Assembly (NCBI RefSeq): GCF_006345805.1
Contig: NC_043013.1
Location: 5,084,001 to 5,148,000 of the forward strand
DNA length: 64,000 nt
From: Octopus sinensis
Lineage: Eukaryota
Direction of reading: 5' to 3'
The position numbers and the translations under genes are program-made. The notes under the pieces were generated by a model, which made no database searches, was not told the DNA's origin, and saw only the letters and a program-made list of their open reading frames with translations. Shown here one piece after another: positions 27,901-39,304 of the stretch; positions within the stretch are counted from its first letter, which is position 1; each line of letters starts with the position of its first letter.

Positions 27901-28638
27901 GACATCAGGTAACCAACCCTAGTGAGTCCTAGGACTTGAATCCATAATGTCCATGGGATAATGATAATGATGATGATGATAACTAATAAAGCCTATATAT
28001 ACATTTACAAGTTGTTGCTTGTCTCTAGTTCACTTCCTCTGTTTTTCAAAATGGTTGGTGTTTTGTTTTTGACCCCAAAATGTTATCACTTTACATACTT
28101 ACTGCCATTGAGTTTTAACAACAGCAAATAATCAGTTAAAAACTGAAAAAAACACGCAATTAATAGAAAAAAGTTTGTATATAACTATATCTCTGACATA
28201 AATATATTATCATTATCGTCATCATGGTCACTTGCCATCCACTTTTCTGTGCTTGCATGGGTCAGACAGAATTTGTTGAGGCAGATTTTCTATGGCTGGA
28301 TGCCTTTCCTGTCACCAATCTTCACCTGTTTCCAAGCAAAGTAATATTTCTCCATGGCTAGACATGTTTTTCATGGAAGAGTGAAAATGAACAACATTCC
28401 TTGTGTAATGGTGATCACATGATGTCAAGACAAGGACACACACACACATAAATATATATGTGTATATATTTATATATATACACATATATATAAATCATCA
28501 TCAACCAACATTTAATGTCCATTTTCCATGCTGGTATGGGTTGGATGGCTTGACAGAGAGTGGCAAGGCTAGGGCCACACCATGTTCCATAGTCTGTCTT
28601 AGCTTTGGTTCCTACAGCTGAATGTCCTTCCTAATACC

Positions 28639-28706
<68 letters not shown>

Positions 28707-29314
28707 TGCACACATAAAATGCTTGTTTCAGTTTCCATCTCACAAGGTGTTGGAAAACCTGGGGCTATAATAAAAGACATTTGCTCAAGGTACCACACAG
28801 TGGGACTGAACCTAAGATCACATGGCTGAGAAGCAAACTTCTTAACCACGCAGCCACTCCTGTACCCTATATATATCTAATTTATTCCATCAAAGAATTT
28901 TATGGTTTAGCATAAATCACTTAGTCTTTTTCTAAAGATTAATTCAAATATTTCCTTATCCTGTTTCTATAGTTGGTTAAGCTCACTTTCTGCCTAAAGC
29001 TCAGATTCTAATAAAAAATCTATTTTTTTAATATTCAAAACTAAAGTTAGTTTTTTTTTCCTCTACATTTTTATTACAATTTTTATTATTGGTTTTCCTT
29101 TCTCTCTTCCTTTTTTAGAATGCCAAATGGAAACATAAATTTTGAGGTAGGTTTTATTTATTTTCTTGAAAACATTTTTTTTAGCATTTCATGCTTTATA
29201 TTCCAAAAATAAGTTATTAAGCTATTTTGGTACCAATTTTATTCAGACTGCTGCTGCTGGTGGTTCTATAATTCAAAAGCTCCTATTTTGAAACCATTCA
29301 TATTTATGTGTAGT

Positions 29315-29391
<77 letters not shown>

Positions 29392-30026
29392 GGGGTAATT
29401 TTGGTACAAGGCCAGCAAATTTGATGGGAGGGAAAAGTCAATTACATTGACCCCAGTACTTGACTGGTATTTTATTTTATTAGCCCTGAAAGAATGAAAG
29501 GCAAATTCAACCATGGCAGGATTTGAACTCAGAATGTAAAGAGCTGGAAGAAATACTGCTAAGCATTTTGTCTCTAACATGCTAGTGATTCTGCTAACTT
29601 GCCACCATAATAACTTTAAGAAGAAGAAGAGAATGTTACCATAAAGGCTAAAATGCCTGACATTGTCATCAAAGACCTAAGATGGAAAACATGCCTGATA
29701 ATTGATATAACAATGCCTTAAAGATAGAAACATCTTAGGAAAAGATTTTGAAAAACTGTTGAAATATAAGGACCTTGAGATTGAGATATCTAGGACATGA
29801 CAATTAAAAACTAAAACCATCCCTATTGTTGTGGGTGCCTGGGGAATGATCAAGAAAGATGGTGACAATATTTTTGACCAAATCCCAGGAAAATAAACAA
29901 TCGACAAGTTTTTGCATCTAATATATAAGTACCTTAGGTCTCTGGTTGCGATCTGGTCAGAGGATGAAAGAAAATACAAATGAAATAGAAACTAATAATA
30001 ATAACAATAGTTAATAAAAGTAAGTA

Positions 30027-30069
<43 letters not shown>

Positions 30070-30861
30070 CAGCAGCAGCAGTAGCAGTTGTAGTAGTGGA
30101 TGTTGTTGAGAGTATAAGAAAATTTTGAAAGTGTTTCAAAGAAATGTTTAAATAATTAAGATGAGTCATCATTCTAGAACTTTCTTAAGGCTCTTTGATG
30201 GAATGGTCTCTGTTATGGAGACTTTTCCTTAATATTATGGAATTCCTGAAGATAATATCATAATTTGTAGTAGTTTCTTCAATTGAAAACTGAACTATGA
30301 TTGCATATATATATGGTGTGTGTGTGTGTGTGTGTGTGTCTGTGTGTGTCTGTGTGTGAGGTGATGGTAGTGGAAAGCACTTACACAAAACTTTTCTTTA
30401 CATCTTCCATTAGGCCTGTGGTAATCTGTTTTTTACAAGTTTTTGCAAGATTTGTTTACATAAATTTTACTATTAAAACAAATTTCTCTCTCTCCCTCTC
30501 TCTCTCTTGCACACACACACACACACACACACACAGAGGCATGTATGTATATATTTATTTTTGCTTATAATACATCTTATGGTTATGGCTCTTAAAGAAA
30601 CATAATTACTTGTGTTGCTGACACAACTTCCAACATTCCTGTCCCCCACCCCCCACAACAGTCAGCCCTGGGCAGAATATAAGAAAAATCCATATTCACA
30701 GGAAATATATTCTTGAAACCAATTCTTCTATTGATTTCTTTGGTTGGCCTTGTGGCTGCTTATTAAAGGATTCAACTTACCATTTCTTGTCGAATGAGTC
30801 AGCCAGAAAGCTTTAAAGATTTTCTAAAGTTTCTTTCACCATCTTTTATAATATGTATGTT

Positions 30862-30896
<35 letters not shown>

Positions 30897-30922
30897 GCAT
30901 GTGTATATATATATATATATAT

Positions 30923-31003
<81 letters not shown>

Positions 31004-31032
31004 ATATATATATTATATGTATATATATTATA

Positions 31033-31125
<93 letters not shown>

Positions 31126-31146
31126 GTATATATGTATATATATATG

Positions 31147-31201
<55 letters not shown>

Positions 31202-31398
31202 GCATGTATATGTATATATATATGCATGTATATATATATATATATATGCATGTATATATATATATAATGTATATAGATATATATGCATGTATATAGATAT
31301 ATATGCATGTATATATAGATATATATGCATGTATATATAGATATATATGCATGTATATATATATATATATATATATGCATAGAGACACACACATGCAC

Positions 31399-31453
<55 letters not shown>

Positions 31454-31751
31454 CTCACTATATATATGCATGCACATACAGAAACATATTTTTACATATA
31501 TATCTGAATGCATTTTTTATATATATATATATATATACTCAATCCTAGAATGTTCCCCTCTCAGCCCCTGGCACTTGCTGCCATCTTTTAACAAACTAAT
31601 GGTTACCCATAGAAAATCTAAGACCAAAAAAAAACAATAACAATATTCAATAATTGATTGCTTGCAGCAAACTCTGCTGAAATGGATTAAATGAATAAAA
31701 AACATATTCCCTCATTTCGATTTATCATTTAATGACTAAGAAAATACAAAG

Positions 31752-31834
<83 letters not shown>

Positions 31835-34182
31835 AGAGAGAAAAATAGATAGGTTTATGTTATATTGCTTGTTTCAGTCATTTAACTGTGGCCATGCTGG
31901 AGCACTGTCTTTAGTCAAGCAAATCAACCCCAGGACTTATTCTTTGTAAGCCTAGTACTTATTCTATTGACATCTTTTGCTGAACCGTTAAGTTACGAGG
32001 ATGTTATCACACCAGCATCAGTTGTCAAGCGATGTTGGGGGGGGGGGACAAACACAGACACACAAAAATATACACACACACACAATCTTAATTCTGATTA
32101 ATAATCTCTGTATTTTACTTTGTTTTACAGAAATTCTGGTTATTGGCGAAAAGATTGTCTGAATTTGTTTCATGGCAGAAAATTGAGGTAAGTGTTTATA
32201 ATTTTTGGCAACCATTACATGCGATATGTTTAAAAATAGACATAGAAAATGCTAGAAGTTTGATATAACATTCTACTCAATATTCAACTAACTAAATGAA
32301 TTCTCAGTGTTTTGTTAAAACACTAACACAGTGAAAGTATCACAACAGCTAATTGTCTTTGATGTGCATATCAGTGAGATGGACAAACAGAGAAAGAGAT
32401 ACACTGCCAATTATATTAACAGATTTGGGAGAAATTTCTGTGGACTCCTTTTGCATGAGAAACACATTTCAAAACTTAGCTTTCATTTCTTTTCTTCTTT
32501 GCTTTAATACAACTGACAATAATCACTATTTGGGAGGCACAGGTCCATAACCTTTATTTCTAGTAACAACTGATAGGGCAGTCATATATGGATGACAGTC
32601 TATCTGATCATCACTATTATCATCATCATCATCAATGTTTTAAATCTACTTCTCCATATTGGTGTAGGTGAGACCAAATCCATCCAGGCACTTATCCTTC
32701 CTGTCACCTGTCTCCACTTGTTTCCAAGCAAGGTGACATGGGACACAGACCTGCACCTCTATATATTCATTACACCAACATACCCCTAACTTCTTTCCAT
32801 CAGATTTAAGAACTATAATTTCATTGTGTTCGGTTTTTTTGTAACAAACAAGTATGTGCATTTTCTGCGAAGTTAGTTAGTTAGTTAGTTAATTTGGCTC
32901 AAAAGCAAATAGCAAGGCCATGTAGGGGGACATGGAGTTAAGTACAGGGTGGTGTTCATGTAAAGAGTTCAGGCCACTTGAGGTCCAGGGAGGCTTTGAA
33001 CAAAGCGGTCGTCGGCAACTTCACCATCTCGTCTGGCAGCTTGTTCCACGGATCCGCAACCCAGACGGAGAAAGCTCCTCTCCTTCAATTGAGATGAAAT
33101 CGTCGCAGGTGGAGCTTTTCGGAATGACCCCACAGCCGACGCTCTGGAGCAGGAGTGAAGAACAGCTCTTTCGAGAGGTTACACTTTCCGCTTATGATGT
33201 TGTGGACGAGAATGAGATCACCACGGCGGCGGCGTTTTTCAAGAGAATAAAGGTCGAGCATCCTCAGCCTTTCTTCGTAGGACAAATTTTTGAGACCATG
33301 AACCATGCGGGTAGCCAGCTTCTGGACTCTTTCGAGATGCTGTATGTCTTTGAGGAGATAAGGAGAAGAGGCTTAAGCAGTGATGAGTAACAATTCTGTA
33401 AATAATAAGAATATCAACAATTGCAGCTTGGAAGGTGTTTATAAGCCATTTAAGAAACACACAAAAACCATTAGATTCACTTCAACATTTAAATTTAATT
33501 TGCCAAAATATTTTCGTCGCTTTAAGACCGCGACCTGTTCACTGACAAAATTCCGTGCTGCATCAAAGCAGTCTCAAAGCAACAAAGATATTTTGGCAAA
33601 TTAAATTTAAGTGTTGAAGTGAATCTAATGGTTTTTTGTGTTTCTTAAATGGCTTATAAACACCTTCCACGCTGCAATTGTTTTCGTTCCAGCACCATGT
33701 ATTGATGGAAAAAAGTGGGTTTTCCACAGAATTTAAAAACTCGCAGCCCTCTTTTTCAACAGGAGAATTTCATATTTAAACAACAGTTGCTAATCTTTAG
33801 AAGATTAAACTCATCTGATTTTAGATGCAAATAAAGGGAAAAAGTAAATTTAAAACAAATTTAAGTCCTGGAGTTGATTTGTTCAAATCGGTGCCCTAAG
33901 CATGGCTGCAGTCCAATGACTGAAACAAGCAAACAGTGAAATATATATTCCAAATGTTGTTGTGGTTATTGTACTCATTAATTCTAAGAGTTTATTGTAA
34001 TTGTAATATATGTTTTGTTTTGCTTTGTTTTTTGTGGGGTTTTTTATTGTCATTTCCTATAATTTTCATTTCAGTGTCCATATGCAAAGAAAACCGATAT
34101 CCTTAGTTATGTTCTTACCACCCCAATCTACTCTGAATCAGGTAAGTTTTACATAAATATCTGCATCTGCTTGTGCACCCAT

Positions 34183-34223
<41 letters not shown>

Positions 34224-36765
34224 GCCTAATCATGTTTATCTGTATTACCTGCTCCATATCAGCTTTGTATATTCTCTTGTTTTTATCATCATCATCGTTT
34301 AACATCCGTTTTCCATGCTGGCATGAGTTGGACGGCTTGACGACTGAGGTCTGGAGAGCCAGTGGCTTCACCAGGCCCCAATCTGATCTGGCAATGTTTC
34401 TACAGCTGGATGCCCTTCCTAATGCCAACCAGAGTGTAGTGGGTGCTTTTTTACATGCCACTGGCACAGGAGCTAGTCAGGCGGACCTGGTATTGACCAT
34501 GTTTGGATGGTACTTTTTACGTGCCACTGATATGGGAGCCAGTGTGTGGGGTATTGGTATCGGCCACATTCGGTTGGTGCTTTTTACGTGCCTGCCATAT
34601 ATTTCCTTAATTATTTATTTTCTTTGCATAGAAATTTATTTATCTTTCTACTTGACTTTCAGCTCTTCTTTTGGCATCATTTGAATGTGAAGGACCAGAA
34701 GCGAGTCATGAAAAAGAGAAATACAAGCAATTGGCAGACAAAGGAAGACACAAACAGATGAAGTAAGTAAAATGATGATCATAATTCTTTCTAATTTTGG
34801 CATGGGGCCAACAATTTTTGGGGAGAGGGAGTTAGTTGATTACAGCAACCCCAGTGTTCAGTTGGTAGTTATTTCATCAACTCCAAAAAGATGAAGGGTA
34901 AAGTTGACCTCGGCGAAATTTGAACTCTGAACATCAATCAGGTCAAAAGAAATATTGTCAAACATTTTGTCCAGCACAATAACAATTCTGCCAGATGATA
35001 ATAATAATGATAATGATAATTTTTACTTAAGACACAGGACCTGAAATTTGGTGGGGAGGGGACTAATTGATTACATCGACCCCAGTATTTCACTGGTATT
35101 TAATCTATCGACCTAAATAGATGAAAGACAAAGTCGACTTTGGTGGAATTTGAACTCAGAACATAGTGCTAAGCATTTTGTCCATGGTGCTGATGATTCT
35201 GCCAGCTCACCACCTTGTATAATCATCATTATCATCATCATCATTATCATCATCATCATCGTTTAACGTCCACTTTCCATGCCAGCATGGGTTGGACGAT
35301 TTGACTGAGGTCTAGCGAACCAGATGGCTGCACCAAGCACCAATCTGATCTGGCAGAGTTTCTACAGCTGGATACCCTTCCTAACACCAACCACTCCGAG
35401 AGTGTAGTGGGTGCTTTTACATGCCACCGGCACGATGGCCCAGTCAGGCGGTACTGACAACGGCCACGCTCAAATGGTGCTTTTTATGTACCACCTGCAC
35501 AGGAGCCAGTCCAGCGGCACTAGCAATGACCTTGCTTAGATGTTTTTTCATGTGCTACCAGCACAAGTTCCAGAAAGGCTATGCAGATAATGATCATGCT
35601 CGAATGGTGCTTTTTACATGCCACCGGCACAGAAGCCAGTTTGTTGCTCTGGCAACGATCACGCTCGGATGGTGCTCTTAGTGCTCCACTAGTACGGTTG
35701 CCAGTCATCAAATTCGATTTTGATTTCAGGTTTCAAATTTTGTCACAAGGGCAGCAGTTTTGAGGGAGGGAATGAGTCGATTGCATTGACCCCAGCGTTC
35801 AGCTGGTACTTATTTTACCAACCCCAAAAGGATGAAAGACAAAGCCCACCTCAGCAGAATTTGAACTCAGAACATAGTGCTACGCATTTCGTCCACCGTG
35901 CTAACATTTCTGCCAGCTCACCGCTGTGTATAATAACGCTAATAATAATAATATTAATAATAGAAAATATTAGATAATTGAAAAGAACCAGGAATGTATT
36001 AGATTGTTGAAAATAGTAGATAGCATGGTAGCATAGGCTGTAAGCAGCAAGCTCACTACACATGCAAGACTCCAGGAGTTACATCAAAGCCTGAGATAAA
36101 AATAATAATGGTTTCAAATTTTGGCATAAAGCAAGCAATTTTAGGGATAGTGTTCAGCTGGTATTTATTTTATCAACCAAGAATTGATGAAGGGCAAGGT
36201 CAACCTCAGTGGAACTCAGAACATGAAGAGTCGTAAGAAATGCTACTAAACATTTTGTCTGATGTGCTAACAATTCTGCCAGCTCACCTCTTGATTGTCT
36301 GGAACAATAACCAAAGAAAAGTACCCAGGTGGTGTGTGGTGGTGGTGACGGTTGTTGTTGTTGTTGTTTGTGTTCAGAATATATAAGAGGGAGAAGAGTT
36401 ATCTCAGTAATCAAAGTGGTGAGGCAGCAAGCTTGGCAGAAACATAAGCATGCCAGGCGAAATGCTTACTGGTATTTCGTCTGTCTTTACATTCTGAGTT
36501 CAAATCCTGCCGAGGTCGACTTTACCTTTCATCCTTTTGGGGATCAATAAATTAAGTACCAGTAGTGTACTGGGGTCAATCTAATCGACTGGCCCTTTCC
36601 ATCAAAATTTTGTGCCTGAAGTAAAAAAAGAGTTATCAAAGTGGAAGTATTATCTCCCTTTGTTCCTTCTCTAATATTTTTGTCAGTTATATTATAATAT
36701 TCTTTAGATTTTATTAAAGATACTAAAATGTTTGTTTTTCTTTTTCTTTCAGAATGCAGTCATAA
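13011..36765 (+). CDS. RASGEF1B: RasGEF domain family member 1 (RASGEF1A/B/C co-ortholog); 13 spliced exons, N-terminal exons not located
   Basis: Joined exons give [278 protein letters not shown]. This is collinear with RASGEF1B as recalled; all junctions are GT-AG and phases match. Confidence 0.95.
14124..14189 (+). CDS. RASGEF1B: RASGEF1 exon [22 protein letters not shown]
   Basis: aattttcag| ... |gtaagt, phase 0/0. Confidence 0.92.
15549..15641 (+). CDS. RASGEF1B: RASGEF1 exon [31 protein letters not shown]
   Basis: tttcacag| ... |gtaagt; contains the WFNRLSYxVATEIC hallmark. Confidence 0.95.
16411..16516 (+). repeat. 24-bp minisatellite AGGAATGGTACAGCGTTGGTCTGC x4 plus a partial unit
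   Basis: Four near-identical contiguous units read directly. Confidence 0.95.
16760..17075 (+). repeat. (CTAT)n/(CT)n compound microsatellite
   Basis: Directly visible. Confidence 0.9.
18200..18430 (-). mobile_element. tRNA-derived SINE (family B), near full length
   Basis: Same body as the copies at 7500-7730 and 57810-58035. Confidence 0.8.
20798..20900 (+). CDS. RASGEF1B: RASGEF1 exon [34 protein letters not shown]
   Basis: ctttggcag| ... |gtaagt, phase 0/1; contains the GNFNSL motif. Confidence 0.96.
21013..21175 (+). mobile_element. Penelope-like terminal-repeat fragment (family H1) with degenerate G3:C8 hammerhead at 21029-21079
   Basis: Near-identical to the reverse complement of 33416-33560. 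Fold: TTTGTCA GTGAACA G GTCGT-GGTCTCAAA-GCGAT GGAA ATATTT TGGCAAA (A13 mutated to G). Confidence 0.62.
21724..21908. mobile_element. Penelope-like terminal-repeat fragment (family H2) with inverted partial duplication
   Basis: Arms 21724-21780 and 21796-21852 are near-perfect reverse complements. Each holds (C/T)TGATGA A GGCTG-loop-CAGC(C/T) GAAAC. Confidence 0.68.
21815..21860 (+). ncRNA. Minimal type I hammerhead ribozyme fold (C3U variant)
   Basis: GACAC TTGATGA A GGCTG GAGGGTATAT CAGCT GAAAC GTT GTGTT. Stem I GACAC/GTGTT, stem II GGCTG/CAGCT, palindromic ACGT stem III, predicted cut after 21855. Confidence 0.62.
22109..22149 (+). CDS. RASGEF1B: RASGEF1 exon (A)[13 protein letters not shown]
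   Basis: ccttttag| ... |gtaagt, phase 1/0. Confidence 0.95.
23800..24150. repeat. (TA/CA/TG)n microsatellite
   Basis: Directly visible. Confidence 0.93.
24380..24418 (+). CDS. RASGEF1B: RASGEF1 exon [13 protein letters not shown]
   Basis: ttactacag| ... |gtaagt, phase 0/0. Confidence 0.93.
24830..25200. repeat. (TG)n(TA)n compound microsatellite with ~26-30 bp periodicity
   Basis: Repeating GTATGTGTGTGTGTGTGTATGTATATATATAT-like units. Confidence 0.92.
25627..25722 (+). CDS. RASGEF1B: RASGEF1 exon [32 protein letters not shown]
   Basis: ctcccaacag| ... |gtatgt, phase 0/0; contains the MDPxxNFxxYR motif. Confidence 0.95.
27316..27383 (+). CDS. RASGEF1B: RASGEF1 exon [22 protein letters not shown](R)
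   Basis: tgttccag| ... |gtaaga, phase 0/2; contains [16 protein letters not shown]. Confidence 0.96.
27487..27630. mobile_element. hAT-type MITE (144 bp)
   Basis: TIRs CAAGGGCAGACTGAG and CTCTGTCTGTCCTTG (reverse complement CAAGGACAGACAGAG). The 8-bp flanks ACCAGTAT and ACCAACAT resemble a decayed 8-bp TSD. Confidence 0.6.
29119..29146 (+). CDS. RASGEF1B: RASGEF1 28-bp exon (R)MPNGNINFE
   Basis: ccttttttag| ... |gtaggt, phase 2/0. Confidence 0.92.
29311..29390. repeat. Compound (CAG)n(TAG)n trinucleotide array
   Basis: Directly visible; explains the poly-Leu ORF at 29266-29580. Confidence 0.95.
29630..30005 (+). mobile_element. R4/Dong-clade retrotransposon 3' relic (RLE domain)
   Basis: [84 protein letters not shown], a PD..D..K-type RLE; the relic ends in TAATAATAA. 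Confidence 0.78.
30025..30105. repeat. (TAG)n(CAG)n array
   Basis: Directly visible. Confidence 0.9.
30855..31540. repeat. Long (TA)n-dominated microsatellite with TATATGCATG subunits
   Basis: Directly visible. Confidence 0.95.
32131..32187 (+). CDS. RASGEF1B: RASGEF1 exon [19 protein letters not shown]
   Basis: gttttacag| ... |gtaagt, phase 0/0. Confidence 0.95.
32871..33376 (-). mobile_element. CR1-clade LINE 3' fragment with (AACT)n tail
   Basis: Minus strand [57 protein letters not shown]...[14 protein letters not shown], typical CR1 ORF2 C-terminus. The tail is at 32871-32892. Confidence 0.88.
33410..33695. mobile_element. Penelope-like terminal repeat (family H1) with inverted partial copy
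   Basis: Arms ~33416-33528 and ~33570-33680 are reverse complements; the same family occurs at 21013-21175. Confidence 0.65.
33499..33549 (-). ncRNA. Minimal type I hammerhead ribozyme fold with G3:C8 core swap
   Basis: TTTGTCA GTGAACA G GTCGC GGTCTTAAA GCGAC GAAAA TA TTT TGGCAAA. Stem I 7 bp (one G.U), stem II 5 bp perfect, intact GAAA, palindromic AAAATATTTT stem III region. Confidence 0.7.
34075..34141 (+). CDS. RASGEF1B: RASGEF1 exon [22 protein letters not shown]
   Basis: catttcag| ... |gtaagt, phase 0/1. Confidence 0.93.
34285..34595 (-). mobile_element. RTE LINE 3' end fragment
   Basis: (CAT)n tail then GTTTAACATCCGTTTTCCATGC...CTACAGCTGGATGCCCTTCCTAATGCCAACC, the reverse complement of the 4050-4219 terminus. 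Confidence 0.8.
34663..34762 (+). CDS. RASGEF1B: RASGEF1 exon (A)[32 protein letters not shown]
   Basis: gactttcag| ... |gtaagt, phase 1/2; matches ALYLASYESEGPE of vertebrate RASGEF1. Confidence 0.92.
35220..35720 (-). mobile_element. RTE LINE 3' end with internal ~57-bp repeats
   Basis: Same terminus plus repeated ...CTCGGATGGTGCTTTTTA.GTGCCACC units. Confidence 0.8.
36753..36765 (+). CDS. RASGEF1B: Probable RASGEF1 terminal coding exon (K)MQS*, followed by 3' UTR
   Basis: Strong acceptor tttttctttttctttcag|, phase-2 compatible, stop TAA at 36763-36765; AATAAA motifs follow at ~37093-37103. Confidence 0.7.
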
Positions 36766-37442
36766 TCGAGATTTGTACAGTATTAATAGAGTAAATAAGG
36801 AATTACTAGTTCCTTCTGTGGAACCGAAATGGTTTATCAGAGACAGTTCACTGATGATAACTAGAGATGGTGGAGAAAGCCCTTACAGAGAGTTTAGCAT
36901 GACCAAAAACCTTTTGCATTTTTTTCACTGTTAAACCAGAGCTTTTGTTTGTGCAAGTGTTGTAACTGCAAGAAGCTTGTCAGAAAGGGTCCAAACTTTT
37001 TTTTTTTTTTATTCACACAGCATATGAAATTCTAGATTCAATTACATAAAACCACGAAGATCACCTAAATGGATCTTCAAAAAAAAAACATAAATAAAAT
37101 AAAATATGCTGTTATCACTTCCATCAGACACTACATTATCACCATTTTAACAGAGATTCAATGTCAGCTAATTGATGTCACTAATAATTATCATTATTAT
37201 TATTTTTTTTTTTTTCTATTTTCATTGTTGTCACCATTTACAAATCGTTTTTTGCTTTGCTGGTCAGCTGTTTACAGCGGGCCTGTACACTGACCAGGTA
37301 ACAAGGACAAGCACACCGCGCAAAAGAAATATATATATATAAACATACATACATACATAAGATATATACATATATATATATTAATATATATATATATATG
37401 TATACACACACACACATAAGTCATATATATATATATATAAGT

Positions 37443-37475
<33 letters not shown>

Positions 37476-38621
37476 AACCCTGACTGCTGCCAAATAAAAA
37501 GAAAAACAGAAGCTGTTGACAAAACATAAGACAAACATTCACCTTTTAAACGTGTTTCCAATGTGATTACAAATAACTGTCTCCTGTTCCAAATGTTCCT
37601 GTACCAAAAGATTACAAAACAGACAAAGGCATTTTAAATTCCTGCTGCAGACAAAAAAATTGGATATTAATCTTTTCTTATTTAAGAACTCTATAAAACG
37701 CTTTCACCAAACTAAATATCACGTGACTATTTTTCGCTCGCTTTTATTTTTTTTCTTCTGGTGTATGTGTGTTTTTGTTTGCGGAGTTTTTTTTTTTGTG
37801 TGTGTTTTCTTCTCAAGACTCCCTCCATTATGAAGGTGACATTTGTATATTTCTAAACTTAAAAAACAGAATTTTAAAAACCCCAATTATTTCCAAAATT
37901 TCATTTACTTATAATTATTTCCTCACCTGAAGGCAACGAGCTGGCAGAATCATTAGGATGTCAGACAAAATTACTTTGCAGCATTTCTTCTGGTTCTTTA
38001 CATTTCTGAGCTCAAATCCCACTGAAGTCAACTTCACTTTTTATCCTTCCAGGGTCAATAAAATAAAATACCAGACACTTACTGGAGTCAATGTAATTAA
38101 CTTACCCTCCTACCCCACTGACAAATTTCAGGCCTTCTGCTTATATTAGAAAGATTTAGAATTATTTCCATTCCTCTGTGTAGAACAAAGTTGACTCAAA
38201 ATCGAAATGCCTTCACATATTTATTCTACTCACATTCTTTCAGATTCTCAGTTCAAATCCTGCCAGGGCAGTTTTTTTTTTTTTTAACTCTCTTATTTCC
38301 TTCCATGTGTCTGAGATTGAGAAAATGAACACCGCTCATATATTAAATTAATTTCAATTCACAACAGCCATCCCCAAATGAATATACGTCCTCCTGCCAG
38401 TCTAAGACATCAGTATTTAGCATTCTCTATTCCAAGCCAATACCAATCCAGAGATGCTCAAACAAAATATAACTAAATATAATAAAAAATTTTAACAATG
38501 AAGTTACATGTGATTGTTAGTGATTATTTAGTATATATTTGATTATAATATTCGTTATTAAAGATGGAATCAGTATTATTTAAAAATATCATTCTGTATA
38601 TTTTAGTTAATATAGATACAC

Positions 38622-38835
38622 TGTAGAAAGTCACAAAACTGTGGTATTTGTCTCAAGAAAGAATCTCATATAGACATATAGTGCTAAAAAGAAAACAGTT
38701 GGAAACAAAAATCATTCACCACTGTTGACCAGTTTCTGTCTGCTAATGATACTTCTGTGCTTTTTAGCACTATACATATGTACCTACATAAGTTGCTTTC
38801 TCAAGACAAATTCTTCAGTTTTGTGACTTTCTACA
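38622..38835. repeat. Inverted repeat / MITE-like hairpin (~75-bp arms)
   Basis: TGTAGAAAGTCACAAAACTG...TATAGTGCTAAAAAG is mirrored by CTTTTTAGCACTATA...CAGTTTTGTGACTTTCTACA. Confidence 0.72.
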
Positions 38836-39273
38836 AAAATCCATGTTAAGTAAGACATACAGAATGATAATTATAATATATTTCTTGCAACACTACTTTC
38901 TAACTACACAAATTCCAAAACTACTTGCATTACCATTCTTAGTTTTATAGTAATTCTACGAACGCCCGAAATATAACATCACTAGTTTCTACATTACAAA
39001 TTCTGGAACTATTTGCATTACCATTCTTAGACTTAATATTTCTAGAAATATAAGAGTAGTTTTAAAATAAACAAACTCTATTGTTGGAATTTGGCTAATC
39101 TCACAGGATTATCTAAAAAAAAAAAATTCCAAGATCTTTAGAGAGAAAGATACAAAAAGAAATGAGAAAAGCAAACTTAAAAATTAAAATAAACAAACAC
39201 ACACACACACACATACACACACACATACACACACACACACATACATACATACATACATACATACATACATACA

Positions 39274-39304
<31 letters not shown>

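Noticed and set aside
29266-29580. Poly-leucine ORF
   Set aside because: Antisense reading of the (CAG)n(TAG)n array plus SINE sequence.
32932-33390. 152-aa + strand ORF
   Set aside because: Antisense shadow of the CR1 ORF2 fragment.
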